Assembly: GCA_965219455.1 (NCBI GenBank)
Contig: OZ244744.1
Span: 2,176,001 to 2,240,000, forward strand
DNA from: Candidatus Latescibacterota bacterium
GTDB lineage: Bacteria > Latescibacterota > UBA2968 > GCA-2709665
DNA: 64,000 nt
Direction of reading: 5' to 3'
Made by a program: the position numbers and the translations under genes. Positions 1 through 10,474 of the stretch are shown piece after piece; positions within the stretch are counted from its first letter, which is position 1; each line of letters opens with the position of its first letter. The notes under the pieces were generated by a model. The model was not told where the DNA came from and searched no databases. It worked only from the letters and a program-made list of their open reading frames with translations.

Positions 1-1
1 T

Positions 2-157
2 ACTGTCTGCGCCTGGTTCAACAACCTGAGCATCGGTTTGCCGGCAGTACTGGTGTTTCACCTTTGCTTCCTGCATTTCCGGCAGTCGTACTCCACGTGC
101 CGGTCCCGTCGCACTTCCTTCCTCCTTCCCGATGGACGCGCCCCTCCTTTGTCCTGA
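2..157 (+). CDS. 3' part of a DUF2946-like (CruR/CutF-type) leader peptide ending in RAPP
   Basis: Frame +2 reads TVCAWFNNLSIGLPAVLVFHLCFLHFRQSYSTCRSRRTSFLLPDGRAPPLS-stop. The preceding codon ends in T (could be TGT, giving CTVC). It lies upstream of a metal-uptake lipoprotein and TonB receptor. 5' end is outside the window. Confidence 0.75.
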   Translation, partial: TVCAWFNNLSIGLPAVLVFHLCFLHFRQSYSTCRSRRTSFLLPDGRAPPLS

Positions 158-444
158 TCCATCCCCCAGTGTCCTGAGGACACTTCCGCAGTTTTTCGCG
201 CATTTTCCAAATTGTATCAGATCCGCTCTACAACTGTGTTCACGTTCACAGGAATCCGGATTCCCTGGACAGTAACACGGCTCTGCCCCTGCCGCGATTC
301 TCTCTCTGTGTCCGGCAGGAATGCGGTTCAGTAAAGCGGGAATACCAGCCAGGAAAACGGCATGCCACCAGCATGGTGAAATATCCGTATCGCGCCTTGC
401 CAGTTGCGGGTGAAGGTGAAATCCTGGCACACGGGAGACCCCAG

Positions 445-942
445 ATGCTTCGCTTGATGAAAATGATAACATCTTGTACCAACATTGCCACGGCAGCGGT
501 CTTAACCGTGTTCCTGGCCGCTTGTGGCAAGGACGACCCCCTGACGCCACAGGAGGAACATTACGAAGCCGAAGGCCTGGTTCTCATCGACTCCGGCCAC
601 CGGTTCTTCCGGTATTTCCAGGTTAAGGTGGACTCGGACGACGGCCGGGTGGACGTCCTCGAGGTTCCTCACGGCCAACTCACCAGCCATTGGAGCATCC
701 GTTTCCTGGATGAAGACGGAAACGAAATGGCGCCCCCCGGCGGCGAGGGCCACACTTTCACGTGGGAAATTGCGGATAAGTCGATCGTGGAAGTGGTCCA
801 GGACGAGGGCGACGAGGGTAAATTCGTCTTCTACCTGCGCGGTCTCGAAGCCGGCGAAACCACCATCAAGCTTCAGATCTCGCACGAAGGCCACGTGGAC
901 TTCACCACGCTACCCATTCCGGTGCGCGTCGAGTCACAATAA
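445..942 (+). CDS. Lipoprotein with His/Glu motifs, putative metal-binding partner of the TonB receptor
   Basis: GGGAGA RBS before ATG 445; lipobox LAAC; EEHYEAEG and C-terminal HEGHVDFTT motifs. Confidence 0.7.
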   Translation: MLRLMKMITSCTNIATAAVLTVFLAACGKDDPLTPQEEHYEAEGLVLIDSGHRFFRYFQVKVDSDDGRVDVLEVPHGQLTSHWSIRFLDEDGNEMAPPGGEGHTFTWEIADKSIVEVVQDEGDEGKFVFYLRGLEAGETTIKLQISHEGHVDFTTLPIPVRVESQ

Positions 943-1006
943 TTTCCAGGCGGATGGCGCCCTGAGTCGCCATTCTCATGGTTCACAGAATCGGAGTTCA
1001 TTCCAA

Positions 1007-3283
1007 ATGATTCATTTACTCGAAATCCGGGGTGTATTGTCGAACGCAAACGTGAGCGATCCAATCTTCACACGTTTGCACTTAAACAGGATCGTGCTGG
1101 CGCTGTTCTGTCTGCTTTTCTTGACGGGAACCGGCTTGGCGAATCGGGCAGCACTGGTCGAAGGGTATGTCTTCGACAGCGAAACCGGGCGGCCCATGGA
1201 GAACGTGAACGTCCAACCCGCAGATCACTCCGCAGGCACGTCTACCGATGAAAAAGGCCGGTTTGCGCTCCACCTGTCCCCGGGTGTATATCGGGTGTCC
1301 TTTACCCATGTCAGCTATCGTGAAATGAACTATAAACTGACCGTCACAGGCGCAGGACACCCTGTCGTCTATATTGAAATGGTCCCGCGGGAGCTTGAGT
1401 TGAATTCCATCGATGTCGTCTCCAAACGCGCCGAAACCCGATTTGACGAACTCCAACGGGCCACAGGCGTGCTCTCAGGAGACGAACTCAGGAAAAAATA
1501 CAGCATCACGCTCGCCGAAACCATGAAGAACGAACTCGGCGTTGCCATCCGCAGCATGGGACCCGCCCCGGCCCGCCCGGTCATCCGGGGACTCAGCGGC
1601 GACCGCGTACAGATCAACGTCGACGGCATTCAGGCTCAGGATCTCTCTTCAACGTCCGCAGATCACGCGGTGACGGTCGAGACCTTCAACGCGGAACGCC
1701 TGGAAATTATCCGGGGGCCCCGCACACTGCTGCACACGTCCACGGCCGGCGGCGGCGTTATCAATGTCGTCAAGCACAAAATTCCCGAAGCCCGGCCCAG
1801 GCGCTTTTTCGGCAGTGTCGGCGCCTATGGGGAAACGGTCAACCGGGGCTATCTCTCCTCCGCCGCCGTAACCGTGCCCGTAGGGCCGCTCGCGCTCTAC
1901 GCCGAATCCACGTACCGGGATACACGGGACATACAGACCCCCATTGGCAGCCTCGCCAACACACCCATCAACACCCGTACCTATACACTCGGCCTGTCCT
2001 ACGCGGTGGATCGAGGCTATATCGGCGCTTCTTTCGATCAATTCGATACACGGTACGGCATTCCCGGAGGGTTTATCGGTGCTCATCCAAACGGCGCAGA
2101 CCTTGACATCATGCGTCGGGTCTTCGACGGCAGGGCAGTCTACCGGTTCGATAGCCGGACGATAGACAGAGTGGAGGCGGGTTTCACAAAGGCGTATTAC
2201 CATCACGTCGAGTTCGAATCCAGCGGCCGCATCGGATCCGAATTCTTGTTTCACGACTACAGCGGCGATCTCAAGCTACACCTGAACACGCAAGGGCAAG
2301 CGCAAAACACCGTGCTGACCGCCGGCTTTGAACACCGCAATCTCAAACTGGGCGCTTTTGTCTTCACTCCGCCCACGCGAAAACAAGACGTAAACTTCGG
2401 TTTGTATCACAAAACAACCTACCGCCATATTGAGCTTCAGGCCGCTGCCCGGTACACCTACGCCTCCTTCGACCCGCGCCTCAACGTAATCTCAAGCACG
2501 AGTCTGGACATAGACCGCACCTTTCATGCCTGGTCCGCGGCCTTCAGCCCTCTCGTGCCGATCACCGACCAGCTGACCGCTGGCGCCAGCCTCAACCGCT
2601 CCCAGCGCGCACCCACCATCGAGGAACTCTACAACGAGGGACCTCACCTTGCCGCATACACCTTTGAGAAGGGCAATGTCGAACTCAATGCTGAACGGAG
2701 TTTCGGCCTGGAGGCATTCTTCCACTACCTGCAACCGGGTTTCGACCTGGTCTTCACGGGATTCTGGAATGAATTCGGCAATTACATCGCGCCTCGAAAT
2801 ACGGGTGAAATAAACTTCGCTCTACTCCTCCCCATCTACGCCGCCGAAGGCATCGATGCGAGAATGCTGGGCGTGGAGACGCACCTGAAGTGGCGTCCGA
2901 ATGCGCGTCTCGAACTGGAAATGAACCTCAGCCACGTACGTGGAGAAAATCGGGACGAGCGTATGCCCATGCCCGAAATGCCGCCGCTCAAATTCGTCGG
3001 CGGCGTAACCTACCGGCACCCCTGGCTGACCGCGGGAGGGACCGTTGAATGGGCCGCGGGGCAGGAACGCGTGGACACGTTTGAGGACCCCACGGCCGGT
3101 TATTCCGTTTTCGGCGCCTACGTACAGCGCGATTTCCTCACAGACCACGCCCGCCACAGCCTTATTCTTTCCCTGGAGAATCTCTTCGACACGGAATACC
3201 GTAACCACCTGTCGCGCATCCGGTCCGTGATGCCTGAAACAGGCCGGAACCTTAAATTGCACTACAAGATGTATTTCTTTTGA
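1007..3283 (+). CDS. TonB-dependent receptor, ZnuD-like, with N-terminal carboxypeptidase-regulatory-like domain
   Basis: Plug motifs RPVIRGLSGDRV, SADHAV, LEIIRGP; RAPTIEELYNEGPH; C-terminal ENLFDTEYRNH...GRN...F. Start placed at ATG 1007 after GGAG. Confidence 0.9.
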   Translation: MIHLLEIRGVLSNANVSDPIFTRLHLNRIVLALFCLLFLTGTGLANRAALVEGYVFDSETGRPMENVNVQPADHSAGTSTDEKGRFALHLSPGVYRVSFTHVSYREMNYKLTVTGAGHPVVYIEMVPRELELNSIDVVSKRAETRFDELQRATGVLSGDELRKKYSITLAETMKNELGVAIRSMGPAPARPVIRGLSGDRVQINVDGIQAQDLSSTSADHAVTVETFNAERLEIIRGPRTLLHTSTAGGGVINVVKHKIPEARPRRFFGSVGAYGETVNRGYLSSAAVTVPVGPLALYAESTYRDTRDIQTPIGSLANTPINTRTYTLGLSYAVDRGYIGASFDQFDTRYGIPGGFIGAHPNGADLDIMRRVFDGRAVYRFDSRTIDRVEAGFTKAYYHHVEFESSGRIGSEFLFHDYSGDLKLHLNTQGQAQNTVLTAGFEHRNLKLGAFVFTPPTRKQDVNFGLYHKTTYRHIELQAAARYTYASFDPRLNVISSTSLDIDRTFHAWSAAFSPLVPITDQLTAGASLNRSQRAPTIEELYNEGPHLAAYTFEKGNVELNAERSFGLEAFFHYLQPGFDLVFTGFWNEFGNYIAPRNTGEINFALLLPIYAAEGIDARMLGVETHLKWRPNARLELEMNLSHVRGENRDERMPMPEMPPLKFVGGVTYRHPWLTAGGTVEWAAGQERVDTFEDPTAGYSVFGAYVQRDFLTDHARHSLILSLENLFDTEYRNHLSRIRSVMPETGRNLKLHYKMYFF

Positions 3284-3363
3284 TATTGAAGGTTCTTAGT
3301 CAACCGGCCCTGCAACAAAACCTGGTCCAGGTGGGTACAGGCCGGCATGAAGACATGCTCATA

Positions 3364-3399
3364 GCCCCGGGTCTGTCTAACGACCCGGGGCCTATTTTT
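3364..3399 (+). terminator. Rho-independent terminator
   Basis: GCCCCGGGTC/GACCCGGGGC stem followed by CTATTTTT. Confidence 0.75.
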
Positions 3400-3457
3400 C
3401 ATCAGCCTTATTCTCGACCCGTAGCCTTCCTCGCGTTCAGATGAAGTACGCTTCTTC

Positions 3458-4237
3458 TTAATGGCCAGCGCCACCCTTCCGAATTTTTTCCAGCAACGCC
3501 CGCCGCATCACGGGTTCCACAATGCGGGGACACCACGTACCCAGAAAAGCCGCCGCACGATTTCCAAAACCCGGAATAACGAGACGTTTTCTTTTCTCGA
3601 TGCCTCGATGGATGGCGTCCGCCAATTCTTCCGGCGGCATTCGTCTTTCCTCTCGCGAATTGTCAGGGCTGTACCGGCGGGCATGGGCGGTGCGCGTAGG
3701 GCCCGGAAAGACCGTCATGACATGCATATCCCATTGAGCAAGCGCGACCGAGAGACTTCGTGAATAGGACGCCAGCCCGCTCTTGGTTGCCGCGTAGGTC
3801 GCTGCCCCCGGATAACTTACGTAGTGGGAGAGAGAGGAGACGAAAACCAGGGATGCACCTCTGGCAATGCGGTCGGCCCTCAGCAATCCCGCCGTAACCG
3901 CCATGGGCGCGTAGAAATTCACTTTAGTCACACGTTTCTGCGCTTCCAGGCTCACGTCGGAAAACCGTCCCACGGCATTGATGCCCGCGTTGTGGATCAA
4001 CACGTCAATAGGAACCATTGAAACCAATTGATCGTGAGCCCTTGCAATGCCCGCATCGCAGCTCAAGTCCGCAAAGACAAAACGTGCGCCTGTTTCCCGC
4101 TCAAGATTCGCCCCACCCTCCGCATCTATGTCCACGCCGGTCACGGAATACCCCGCACGTACGAATCTTCGGGTCAGCGCCTCGCCAATACCATTCGCCG
4201 CACCGGTTATGACCACGTGTTTCACTATGCTCTCCAT
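3458..4237 (-). CDS. SDR family oxidoreductase
   Basis: TGAANGIG, HNAG, YAATK motifs. Confidence 0.9.
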   Translation of the reverse strand: MESIVKHVVITGAANGIGEALTRRFVRAGYSVTGVDIDAEGGANLERETGARFVFADLSCDAGIARAHDQLVSMVPIDVLIHNAGINAVGRFSDVSLEAQKRVTKVNFYAPMAVTAGLLRADRIARGASLVFVSSLSHYVSYPGAATYAATKSGLASYSRSLSVALAQWDMHVMTVFPGPTRTAHARRYSPDNSREERRMPPEELADAIHRGIEKRKRLVIPGFGNRAAAFLGTWCPRIVEPVMRRALLEKIRKGGAGH

Positions 4238-4965
4238 CGCATCAGGGCATCCACAACCCCACCGAAATAACGCCCGCAGAACCGCAACCCTTTGTTTCCC
4301 AAACCGATTGTCACCACAGACTTTCGTCCATCGATCGCACGCACAATCCGCCGGGCGACCCGATCCGCCGATGGGAACGCTCTCGAATTCTCGTTGTCCC
4401 ATCCTGCCTTCCGATGAATGCCCGTTTGCGTCGCCCCCGGGTGTATGACCTGGACGTTCACGTCGCCCTCAACGCGCAAATTGCGCCCCAGAACATCCAG
4501 CGCCTCTTTGGTCGCCGCATACACGGCAAAATCGGGACACGGAAACGCGTGAGCGATGGAGCCAATAAACACGTGTTTGCCGCTTGCGTTTTTCACAAAC
4601 GGTACCAAAGCGTGTGTCAGGCGTAACGGCGCCAGAAGATTGACGGCTACGATCTCTCGAATGCCGGCGTCGGGCTGATCGGCGACGGAACCGTAATGTC
4701 CCGTTGCCGCGTTTTGAATCGCCAGATCCAATGCATCAATTTTCCGCGATCTCAGAAATGAGCACACCTTGTCCGCGCAATCCTCCTCCGACAGATCCAC
4801 TTCACAATAGGTCTCTTCGCTGTAAAGTTCGCATTTGAGCGAATCCAGCGCCCGCCTGCCCACCAGCACCAGCCGTTCTTCACGCGCGCGATAGATTTCC
4901 GCAAGCGCCCGTCCAATTCCATCCGTTGCACCTGTGATCAATACGGTCTCTCTTTCCTTTGCCAT
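4225..4965 (-). CDS. SDR family oxidoreductase
   Basis: TGATDGIG, QNAA, YAATK; overlaps the start of the next SDR. Confidence 0.9.
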   Translation of the reverse strand: MAKERETVLITGATDGIGRALAEIYRAREERLVLVGRRALDSLKCELYSEETYCEVDLSEEDCADKVCSFLRSRKIDALDLAIQNAATGHYGSVADQPDAGIREIVAVNLLAPLRLTHALVPFVKNASGKHVFIGSIAHAFPCPDFAVYAATKEALDVLGRNLRVEGDVNVQVIHPGATQTGIHRKAGWDNENSRAFPSADRVARRIVRAIDGRKSVVTIGLGNKGLRFCGRYFGGVVDALMRWRA

Positions 4966-5233
4966 GACATACATATCCTTCGTCGCATCTGTCCCCGACA
5001 CCCACGCCGCCCCCACTGGGGAGTTCGGGTGGATACGCACAGCACTGTATTGACCGTCCCATCCAGGGCTTGCTCTGCGACGCGTCAGATCCTATCTTTC
5101 CTCGAGCCCTGGCTCACACAATGCCGGAGGCCAAAGACAATCTTCGCGAGTTGGCCGCCAAGCCCGATACCGTTGACATCTTGTCGGTAGCGGAAGCCGG
5201 TATTTTACGGGAGGCGGCCGGAGAGACGAGACA

Positions 5234-6196
5234 ATGATTGATTCGCAGATGTTGACCGAAGGAGTGTCCGACGAGCGGGCATGGCGGACGAGTAGCGTCG
5301 ATGATTCCGCAGCGTGGTACTATCCATTGTCCGAGGATTATCTCTCCAGCTCTGAGCGCATCGTCCGTGATGCGCGAGTTCGTCAATTGCCCATTACGGA
5401 GATTTCCCGCCAGGGCGTATCGTTCAATTACTCCGGAGAATGCCTTCAACCGGTACGTGACGCCCTCGGATCGGGGCGTGGATTTGCCATCGTCAATCGC
5501 GTGCCGATCGAAGGGTATGTGATTGAAGAAGCGCTGTCGATGTACTGGATGATTGGCGAGAACCTTGGCACCCCCGTGGAGCAGAATATTGAGGGAACGC
5601 TATTGTACGATGTCCGAGATACGGGCAAGAATGTGGCGCAAGGAGCCAGGTTTTCAGTGACCAATGCGGAGAGCACGTTTCACAACGACAATGCCTTCGG
5701 CGAACCGCTGCCCTACATTGTGGGACTGCTCTGCCTGAGCACGGCGAAATCCGGCGGGCAGAGTCAGCTTGTCAGCGGCTACGCTCTCCACAATGAACTC
5801 CTCGAAAATCACGCCGATGTCCTCGAAATACTCTATCAGCTGTTCCATTTTGATCGTCGAGGACAGTTCAAGGCCGGGGACTCGCCGACGTCTCAATTCC
5901 CGATTTTTCAGTGGAGCCGGGGCGAACTGACGCTCCGATACATGTACTATTACATCCAGGTGGGTCACGAGAGGGCCGGCAAACCGCTAACCGCCGATCA
6001 GAGAAGCGCACTGGAAGTCGTGGAACAGTTGCTTGGCTGCGCGGATTTCAGGGTGGAGTTCAGTCTACAACCCGGACAGATGCTATTCACGAACAACCGC
6101 TGGATCCTGCACAATCGCACCGCATTTGAGGACCATCCCGACCCGGAACGCCGCCGGCATTATGTGCGGCTCTGGCTGCGCCGCCGCGACTGGTAA
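5234..6196 (+). CDS. TauD/TfdA family Fe(II)/2-oxoglutarate dioxygenase
   Basis: HxD (FHNDN) and distal HNRTAF...RRHYVRLWL. Confidence 0.85.
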   Translation: MIDSQMLTEGVSDERAWRTSSVDDSAAWYYPLSEDYLSSSERIVRDARVRQLPITEISRQGVSFNYSGECLQPVRDALGSGRGFAIVNRVPIEGYVIEEALSMYWMIGENLGTPVEQNIEGTLLYDVRDTGKNVAQGARFSVTNAESTFHNDNAFGEPLPYIVGLLCLSTAKSGGQSQLVSGYALHNELLENHADVLEILYQLFHFDRRGQFKAGDSPTSQFPIFQWSRGELTLRYMYYYIQVGHERAGKPLTADQRSALEVVEQLLGCADFRVEFSLQPGQMLFTNNRWILHNRTAFEDHPDPERRRHYVRLWLRRRDW

Positions 6197-6232
6197 TTGA
6201 GAACTTGGGTCCCATTTGTATGTATCCGGCGC

Positions 6233-6691
6233 TTACCCGTCCACAATCTCGTAAACACCCGAATTGTTCATGTTCTCCCGCGTCTCCACCCGGTAGACCC
6301 GGCAACGCCCATCCGTCTTCTCACGTATCATCCGATTGGCATAGTCAAACACGTACTTGGAGGAGGCCTCCATCCCCACGTTGGGTATCACGCGAAGGTC
6401 CACAATCCGCCTGCGGTGCATCTCCTCAAACAGCTCCCGCTCCGGGTCGTTTTCGTTGATCAGCATCGTGTGGTCAAACATGTTCTCCAACCAGGCCTTC
6501 AGGTCATTGAGCTTTCCAAAATCCACCACAAAGTGATTCTCATCCAGTTCGTCGCACGTAAAATGGAACGTAATGTCCCGGTTGTAACCGTGGATAAACT
6601 GACAGTGCCCGTCGTGATGCGCCTGTCGGTGTGAACATGGCAGATTGTGAAATGTCTTGGTGGATGAAAACCGCCCTTTTCCGCTGGCCAT
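6233..6691 (-). CDS. queD: 6-carboxytetrahydropterin synthase (QueD/PTPS family)
   Basis: CSHRQ, CQFIHGY, VVDFG, FDHT motifs. Confidence 0.8.
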   Translation of the reverse strand: MASGKGRFSSTKTFHNLPCSHRQAHHDGHCQFIHGYNRDITFHFTCDELDENHFVVDFGKLNDLKAWLENMFDHTMLINENDPERELFEEMHRRRIVDLRVIPNVGMEASSKYVFDYANRMIREKTDGRCRVYRVETRENMNNSGVYEIVDG

Positions 6692-6797
6692 AAACCCGTC
6701 TCTCTTCCGTGTTGATTCCTGGCGATCACCATAGAAAATACGGATCTCATCTTCTCTGTCAAGGCTTCCGCACCCGAAATCCACAAGGAGCGCGCCG

Positions 6798-7640
6798 ATG
6801 ATCATCGACACCCATACCCATTTCTACGATCCCCGACGCCCTGAAGGGGTACCCTGGCCGCCGCCGGACGACGCCCTGCTCTACCGCCGTGTGTTTCCTG
6901 AAGATTACAAAGCCGTGGCCGTTCCCGAGGGCGTGACCGGCACCGTGGTCGTGGAAGCCAGTGAATGGGTTGAAGACAATCGCTGGATCCTCGATCTGGC
7001 CGAAAATGAGCCCTTCGTCGTGGGCTTCGTTGGCAATCTCGACCCGGAATCCGACGCTTTTGAAAGACACCTTACTAAACTTTCAGCAAACCCCCTTTTC
7101 CGCGGCATCCGCCTTCACCGGAACGAGATTGCGACCGTCAGCGATTTGCTGTTTTCCAAACTCGAACTGCTCGTGCAGAAGGACCTCTCCCTCGACCTCC
7201 TCATCGACGTCGAGCAGCTTCACTCCGCAGTCCATATTGCTGCCAGGCTACCGGATCTGCGTATTGTGCTCAACCACGTAATCCACGTACCAATAGACGG
7301 CAAGACGCCGAACCCCGATTGGATCGACGGCCTGCACAATGTCGCACAGCACCCGAACATCTACTGCAAGGTCTCCGGCCTCGTCGAAACCGCCTTGGAG
7401 AGACCGGCGCCTCCCGAGTTGATCTACTACGCGCCGACCCTGGACCACCTCTGGGAAATTCTCGGCGTGGATCGCCTCATCTACGCCAGCAACTGGCCCG
7501 TGTGCGAACACGGCGCCGACTACGCCACGGTACAGCGCATCCCCATGGAATACTTCAAAGCCATTGGAGAAGATGCGGTCGAGAAGGTATTCTGGAAAAA
7601 CGCAAAAGCAGCTTACAAGTGGCCCGACCACGGGCATTAG
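6798..7640 (+). CDS. Amidohydrolase_2 family protein (sugar lactonase-like)
   Basis: IIDTHTHF, VLNH, CKVSG, YASNWPV. Confidence 0.85.
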   Translation: MIIDTHTHFYDPRRPEGVPWPPPDDALLYRRVFPEDYKAVAVPEGVTGTVVVEASEWVEDNRWILDLAENEPFVVGFVGNLDPESDAFERHLTKLSANPLFRGIRLHRNEIATVSDLLFSKLELLVQKDLSLDLLIDVEQLHSAVHIAARLPDLRIVLNHVIHVPIDGKTPNPDWIDGLHNVAQHPNIYCKVSGLVETALERPAPPELIYYAPTLDHLWEILGVDRLIYASNWPVCEHGADYATVQRIPMEYFKAIGEDAVEKVFWKNAKAAYKWPDHGH

Positions 7641-7745
7641 CAATCCGTGAGACGATGGGAGCGCGCCACCAGGACGATCCCACCGGGTGCAGAAAAACCC
7701 GGGGTCCGGGGGTCATTTTTCGTCCCTCCAGATGGCGGACAAACG

Positions 7746-8102
7746 TCATTGTTGCCGGGTGAGCATGGGCCCGAGCGGCCGACCGCCGATCAGATGCATA
7801 TGCAGGTGGTAGACCTCCTGACCGCCATGGTCACGGCAATTCACGATCAACCTGTAGCCGTCCTCGGCAAGTCCTTCCTCTTTCGCAAGCTGTGCCGCTA
7901 CCGTAAACAACCGGCCGAGTGCGGTCTCATCCTCGGTCGACACATCGTTTATCGTGGGAATCACCTTATTGGGAACGATCAAAATATGAGTCGGCGCCTG
8001 GGGGCTGATATCTCGAAACGCCGTCACCAGTTCATCCTGGTACGTTATTTCCGACGGTATCTCCTTCCTGATTATCTTGCTGAAAATCGTCTCTTCCGCC
8101 AT
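7746..8102 (-). CDS. hinT: HIT family purine nucleoside phosphoramidase
   Basis: [27 protein letters not shown]. Confidence 0.92.
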   Translation of the reverse strand: MAEETIFSKIIRKEIPSEITYQDELVTAFRDISPQAPTHILIVPNKVIPTINDVSTEDETALGRLFTVAAQLAKEEGLAEDGYRLIVNCRDHGGQEVYHLHMHLIGGRPLGPMLTRQQ

Positions 8103-8230
8103 GAATTCTCCTTTCGGTAATCACCCCTTTTTGCTATCTTCTCCTGTCAGCGTCGGCTGGCATCAAAAAAACTCCTCGTCATTCACAGATCAAGCCAATC
8201 CTGATCTTAGACGTGAAAGAACGCCGGGAC

Positions 8231-8581
8231 ATGCTTCGCCCCATCGACCGCCTTCTGGCCGGTATAACGATTATCCTTCTAAGGTTTTACCGGTTGCTGA
8301 TCTCTCCTTTTTTCCAGGTCGTTTTCGGCCCAGGCAGCGGGTGCCGGTTTCACCCCACGTGCTCCCGGTACGCCCGTGATTGCTTTCGGCAACACCCCTT
8401 TCCAGTCGCCCTCTTTCTATCGGTCTCGCGAATTCTAAAATGTCATCCCTACCATTCGGGCGGATATGATCCCGTCCCGCCGCAACGTCGTGAGTGTTTT
8501 GTCCCGGAAATAGATTGCCGGAATTCGGCCGACGAGTCGCCCGGCTCGCGTCCTTCGACAGGCTCAGGAAACGGCGCCTGA
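8231..8581 (+). CDS. yidD: Membrane protein insertion efficiency factor; C-terminus reads into a MITE
   Basis: CRFHPTCS, RILKCHP, GGYDPVP. Confidence 0.9.
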   Translation: MLRPIDRLLAGITIILLRFYRLLISPFFQVVFGPGSGCRFHPTCSRYARDCFRQHPFPVALFLSVSRILKCHPYHSGGYDPVPPQRRECFVPEIDCRNSADESPGSRPSTGSGNGA

Positions 8582-8701
8582 GCGAGGCGACCTGCGGAAG
8601 GTCGGCGAGAGAAGACACTTCGACAAGCTCAGCGCAAGCAACGCAGCGAGACGGGATGAACCGGCGGACGAATGGTGACATATTTCCGGGACAGAACAAT
8701 A
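8492..8701 (+). mobile_element. MITE family A, full copy
   Basis: Terminal inverted repeats TGTTTTGTCCCGGAAATA / TATTTCCGGGACAGAACA; homologous to 20866-21102 and 36959-37114; two internal CTTCGACA(G/A)GCTCAG motifs. Confidence 0.85.
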
Positions 8702-8713
8702 GTCCAGACTCCC

Positions 8714-9499
8714 ATGTTCGAAATCGCCCAGTTCCATTGGAGTGCCGACCCCGAGATTTTTAGCGTCGGCCCCGTCGTCTTGCGCTGGTACAGCCTGTGC
8801 TTTCTCGTCACCTTCACCCTCGGCTACTTCATTATGCGCCGCATGTTCCGGTTCGAGGGGAAATCGGCAAAGGACCTGGACAGCCTGGTAAACCACATGG
8901 TGCTCGGTACCCTCATCGGCGCGCGCCTGGGACACTGTCTGTTTTACGACCCCGCATTCTACCTCACGAACCCGATCGAAATCTTCAAAATCTGGCGAGG
9001 CGGCCTTGCCAGCCACGGCGCCGCCATCGGTATCTTTACCGCCCTATATCTGTACGCCCGAAACCGGCCGGATCAATCCTATCTCTGGATTCTCGACCGC
9101 GTTGTCGTTACGGTTGCCCTTGGCGGTTGTTTCATCCGCATTGGAAACCTGTTCAATTCCGAAATCTATGGCACCCCTGCCGACCTGCCCTGGGCCATTG
9201 TTTTTTCACACGTAGATGCAATCCCAAGGCATCCGGCGCAGCTCTACGAGTCCCTCGCCTACGGACTGATTTTCCTCCTCCTGTATGCCGTCTATGCGAA
9301 ACGACGCGCCCAGACTCCCTCCGGATTGCTTCTCGGCCTGTTCCTCGTTTCCGTATTCTCATTCCGGATGGTCGTTGAATTCGTCAAAGTCCGCCAGGCC
9401 GCTTACGGCCACGGCTTCCCCCTCAGCGTGGGACAGTGGCTCAGTATTCCCCTCATCATCCTTGGCTTCATCCTGCTCGTAAAAACATCGAGAAAGTGA
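8714..9499 (+). CDS. lgt: Prolipoprotein diacylglyceryl transferase
   Basis: LRWY, GARLGH, GGLASHG, RIGNLFNSEIYG, HPAQLYE. Confidence 0.95.
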   Translation: MFEIAQFHWSADPEIFSVGPVVLRWYSLCFLVTFTLGYFIMRRMFRFEGKSAKDLDSLVNHMVLGTLIGARLGHCLFYDPAFYLTNPIEIFKIWRGGLASHGAAIGIFTALYLYARNRPDQSYLWILDRVVVTVALGGCFIRIGNLFNSEIYGTPADLPWAIVFSHVDAIPRHPAQLYESLAYGLIFLLLYAVYAKRRAQTPSGLLLGLFLVSVFSFRMVVEFVKVRQAAYGHGFPLSVGQWLSIPLIILGFILLVKTSRK

Positions 9500-9579
9500 G
9501 GGCTCCACAGCCCCGCGGTCAGTCAGAGCGGAACGACAGATACAGCTGTCCCCGAAATATCACAGAAAGGCGGGATCCC

Positions 9580-10335
9580 ATGAACTCGTACACGGAAATT
9601 TCCAGCACGCTGCAGAAATCCCTGCACCTTGCCTTGCCTCCCATTGCCATCTGCATTTCGGACGAAGTGCCTGAAGGCGTGCCGGACTATCATGGTCGGG
9701 CGCCTGCCGGCTGTCTGTTCTGGCAGGAGGTTGGGAACGGACCCTTTGCCACCCGGACTTCCGACCACGAACTGTGCGCCGTCGGCGTCCATACACACCA
9801 TATGGCCAATCCTCCGGACTCGTACGAAGCCGAACTGGGCGACGTTTTGAAGACGATGGCCGACATGGATTACGTGCGTGAACAAGACGTAATGGAGATC
9901 CCGGTGCTGGAGAACGAAACCAGGCACGTAATTTACGCCCCTCTGGACAAAACGCCACTTGAACCGGCCGTGGTCCTGCTCTTTGCGCATTCGCGGCAGA
10001 GCCTGATTATTACCGAAGCCGTCCAGCAGGTCGAACCGGCCGTGCCGCCGGCAATGGGCAGGCCCGCCTGCGCCGTGGTTCCCCAAGCCGTCAGAACCGG
10101 ACGGGCCGCCCTCAGCCTGGGCTGCTGCGGCGCGAGGGCATACCTGGATATCCTCACCGACGACGTCGCCATATGGGCGCTGCCCGGCGACAAGGTGAAT
10201 ACGTACGCAGCACGCATCGATATTCTCGCCAGAGCCAACTCTGTCCTGGGTGAATTTCATTCCCTGCGTCGAAAAGACGTCGAAGCCGGACTTGAACCCA
10301 CCGTTGCGGAATCTCTCTCAAGGCTGGGAAACTGA
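9580..10335 (+). CDS. DUF169 domain protein
   Basis: Cys pattern AGCLFW...CAVG...RPACA...SLGCCGAR; YAPL. Confidence 0.75.
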   Translation: MNSYTEISSTLQKSLHLALPPIAICISDEVPEGVPDYHGRAPAGCLFWQEVGNGPFATRTSDHELCAVGVHTHHMANPPDSYEAELGDVLKTMADMDYVREQDVMEIPVLENETRHVIYAPLDKTPLEPAVVLLFAHSRQSLIITEAVQQVEPAVPPAMGRPACAVVPQAVRTGRAALSLGCCGARAYLDILTDDVAIWALPGDKVNTYAARIDILARANSVLGEFHSLRRKDVEAGLEPTVAESLSRLGN

Positions 10336-10474
10336 CCCCACACCAACGGATTGAAGGTGCGCGGCCCGACCGGACACCGGACGCCCATCTTTCGCTTGAA
10401 ACAGCACCAATCCATGGTATATTGTGAAAAAATCGTTGCACGTAGATTCACTTCCTCATCAGATGGAAACTTCG

